This document shows positions 62,706-64,000 of a stretch of DNA of 64,000 nucleotides, in pieces; the first letter of the stretch is position 1, and every line of letters begins with the position of its first letter. The position numbers were made by a program, and so were the translations under genes. Source of the stretch: Octopus sinensis. Taxonomy: Eukaryota. The notes below the pieces were generated by a model. The model saw only the letters and a program-made list of their open reading frames with translations, was not told the origin of the DNA and did no database searches. The stretch is from positions 3,720,001 through 3,784,000 of the forward strand of contig NC_043004.1 in assembly GCF_006345805.1 (NCBI RefSeq). Direction: 5' to 3'.

Positions 62706-63335
62706 CTTTCCCATGCATGGTCAATGAGGGAGAACAACCAGAGCACAGCAACCAGCTGAATGGAGAGAAACTCAATGAAGTGGACACCTTCAAGTACTTA
62801 GGGTTCACTTTGACCAAGGATAGCAACTCTCACAAACAGATAACAACAAAACTCAATTTAGCTTCTGCTGCCATGATGAAGTTAAATGCCATATGGAAAA
62901 GCAATTCCATTAGGTTTTGCAACAAGGCTCAAAGAGTACAAGTCCCTGATGACGTTGATCCTTCTGGGGGTGGGGGAGAGAGCCGGACCCTTACAGCTGA
63001 CATGGAGAGAAGGATTCAGGAATTTGTGCCCAAGTGCTTCAAAAGGCTGCAACACATCCCGTGTACACAGTGCACAAAATGAATAGTTTTGTCAGGCAGC
63101 CAGTCGATAAATACTCTGTCAAAGAGGAGCCACTCCCTGTGCAGACAGAAAGACAAAAGCTTGCCTGGCACAATCATGTATCCTGCCACAACTCTCAGTC
63201 CAAAACCATCCTTCAAGGCACAGCTGAGGGAGGTGGGGGTGAAAGAGAGGCAGACAGAGAAAACCCTGGTCTGAGAACATCAACAACTGGAAAGGTCACA
63301 ACAGTGTGACTCTGCTGTGAATGACAAGAGGACAG
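62705..63335 (+). mobile_element. RTE-clade LINE 3' fragment
   Basis: LNEVDTFKYLG, KLNAIWKSNSI, TLTADMERRIQ and RQKLAW..HV...SKTILQGT.EG, with frameshifts. Confidence 0.85.
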
Positions 63336-63669
63336 AAACCAAATGAGAAAGCATTTTCAAGGGCACCCCAATGACTGGCAGCACCAGATAAACGAACTTG
63401 ATGAGAATGAGGACTTATTTTATCAATCACTTTTTACTGGACTACATAGTTATGGGGACGTAAACAAACTAACACTGCAGATACATACATATACACAATG
63501 GGCTTCCACACAGTCACAATCTACCAAATTCACTCACAAGGCATGCAAAACACGGGTTTTGCCACACATCTTTACAATGATCCCAATTTGTGATTCTTGT
63601 GCAAAATAAAGAATTGAATCTTATTGCTACAACAACAACAACAACTTAACATTTCCAAACAAAAGAAAA

Positions 63670-64000
63670 CAAGAAAATTACTATTTTTAAATCTGACAAC
63701 GAGAGATATTCGGCAACAGTACTTTGGAGTAAAGATTATTTTGCCAACATAACATGGCAGTCCTGGTTTAGGACGAATGTTGCTGTAATTTAGCCCCAGG
63801 AGACATCATCTCCAGCTGGCTATACATTTCTGGGTTATTTCTGAGCTATTTCATAATTTCTGGGTTATTTACAGGTTATTTCGTAATTTCTGGGTTATTT
63901 ACAGGTTATTTCGTAATTTCTGGGTTATTTACGGGCTATTTTGTGATTTCTGGGCTATTTCGCGACATACAGATATTGTTTTGAGCTGAGAGAGTGTGCT
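63670..64000. mobile_element. Second copy of the 21382 MITE family, carrying a 30-bp minisatellite; runs off the window end
   Basis: 63670-63825 is near-identical to 21490-21640. Then about 4.6 units of atttctgggttatttacaggttatttcgta (63826-63964). Ends with ttttgagctgagagagtgtgct, the reverse complement of the 21680-21705 spacer. Confidence 0.8.

Noticed and set aside
63826-63964. Telomere-like repeat
   Set aside because: The unit is a 10/30-bp ATTTCTGGGTT-type minisatellite inside a MITE, not TTAGGG.

Overview
This is AT-rich (roughly 35% GC by eye), microsatellite-saturated animal DNA. Its SINE and LINE families look like those of Octopus, which is inference from repeat motifs rather than a search. 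Almost all entries in the supplied ORF track are translated microsatellites or transposon debris. The only host protein-coding sequence I can identify is the 3' end of a minus-strand CEP43 (FGFR1OP/FOP)-like gene. It has three phase-compatible exons at 62202-62088, 61501-61387 and 59373-59293. The rest is a layered transposon landscape: an inactive 3.3-kb RTE-clade LINE, an inactive 2.6-kb CR1-clade LINE plus fragments, and four R4/Dong-like restriction-endonuclease fragments in two tandem pairs, each pair abutting (CATA)n tracts. There are also Tc1, mariner and pogo relics, MITEs, Lep1/HINE-like rolling-circle elements, and at least four tRNA-derived SINE families. The most interesting signals are RNA-structural. 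Several Penelope-type hammerhead ribozyme motifs occur, one inside a tRNA-headed composite element and one pair in an inverted repeat. RTE 3' UTRs carry a tandem array of covarying hairpin/pseudoknot units. There is also a 108-bp structured island in (TA)n and two long hairpins. Scattered strong splice signals suggest further unannotated, probably non-coding exons. No CRISPR array, rRNA gene or bona fide tRNA gene is supported.
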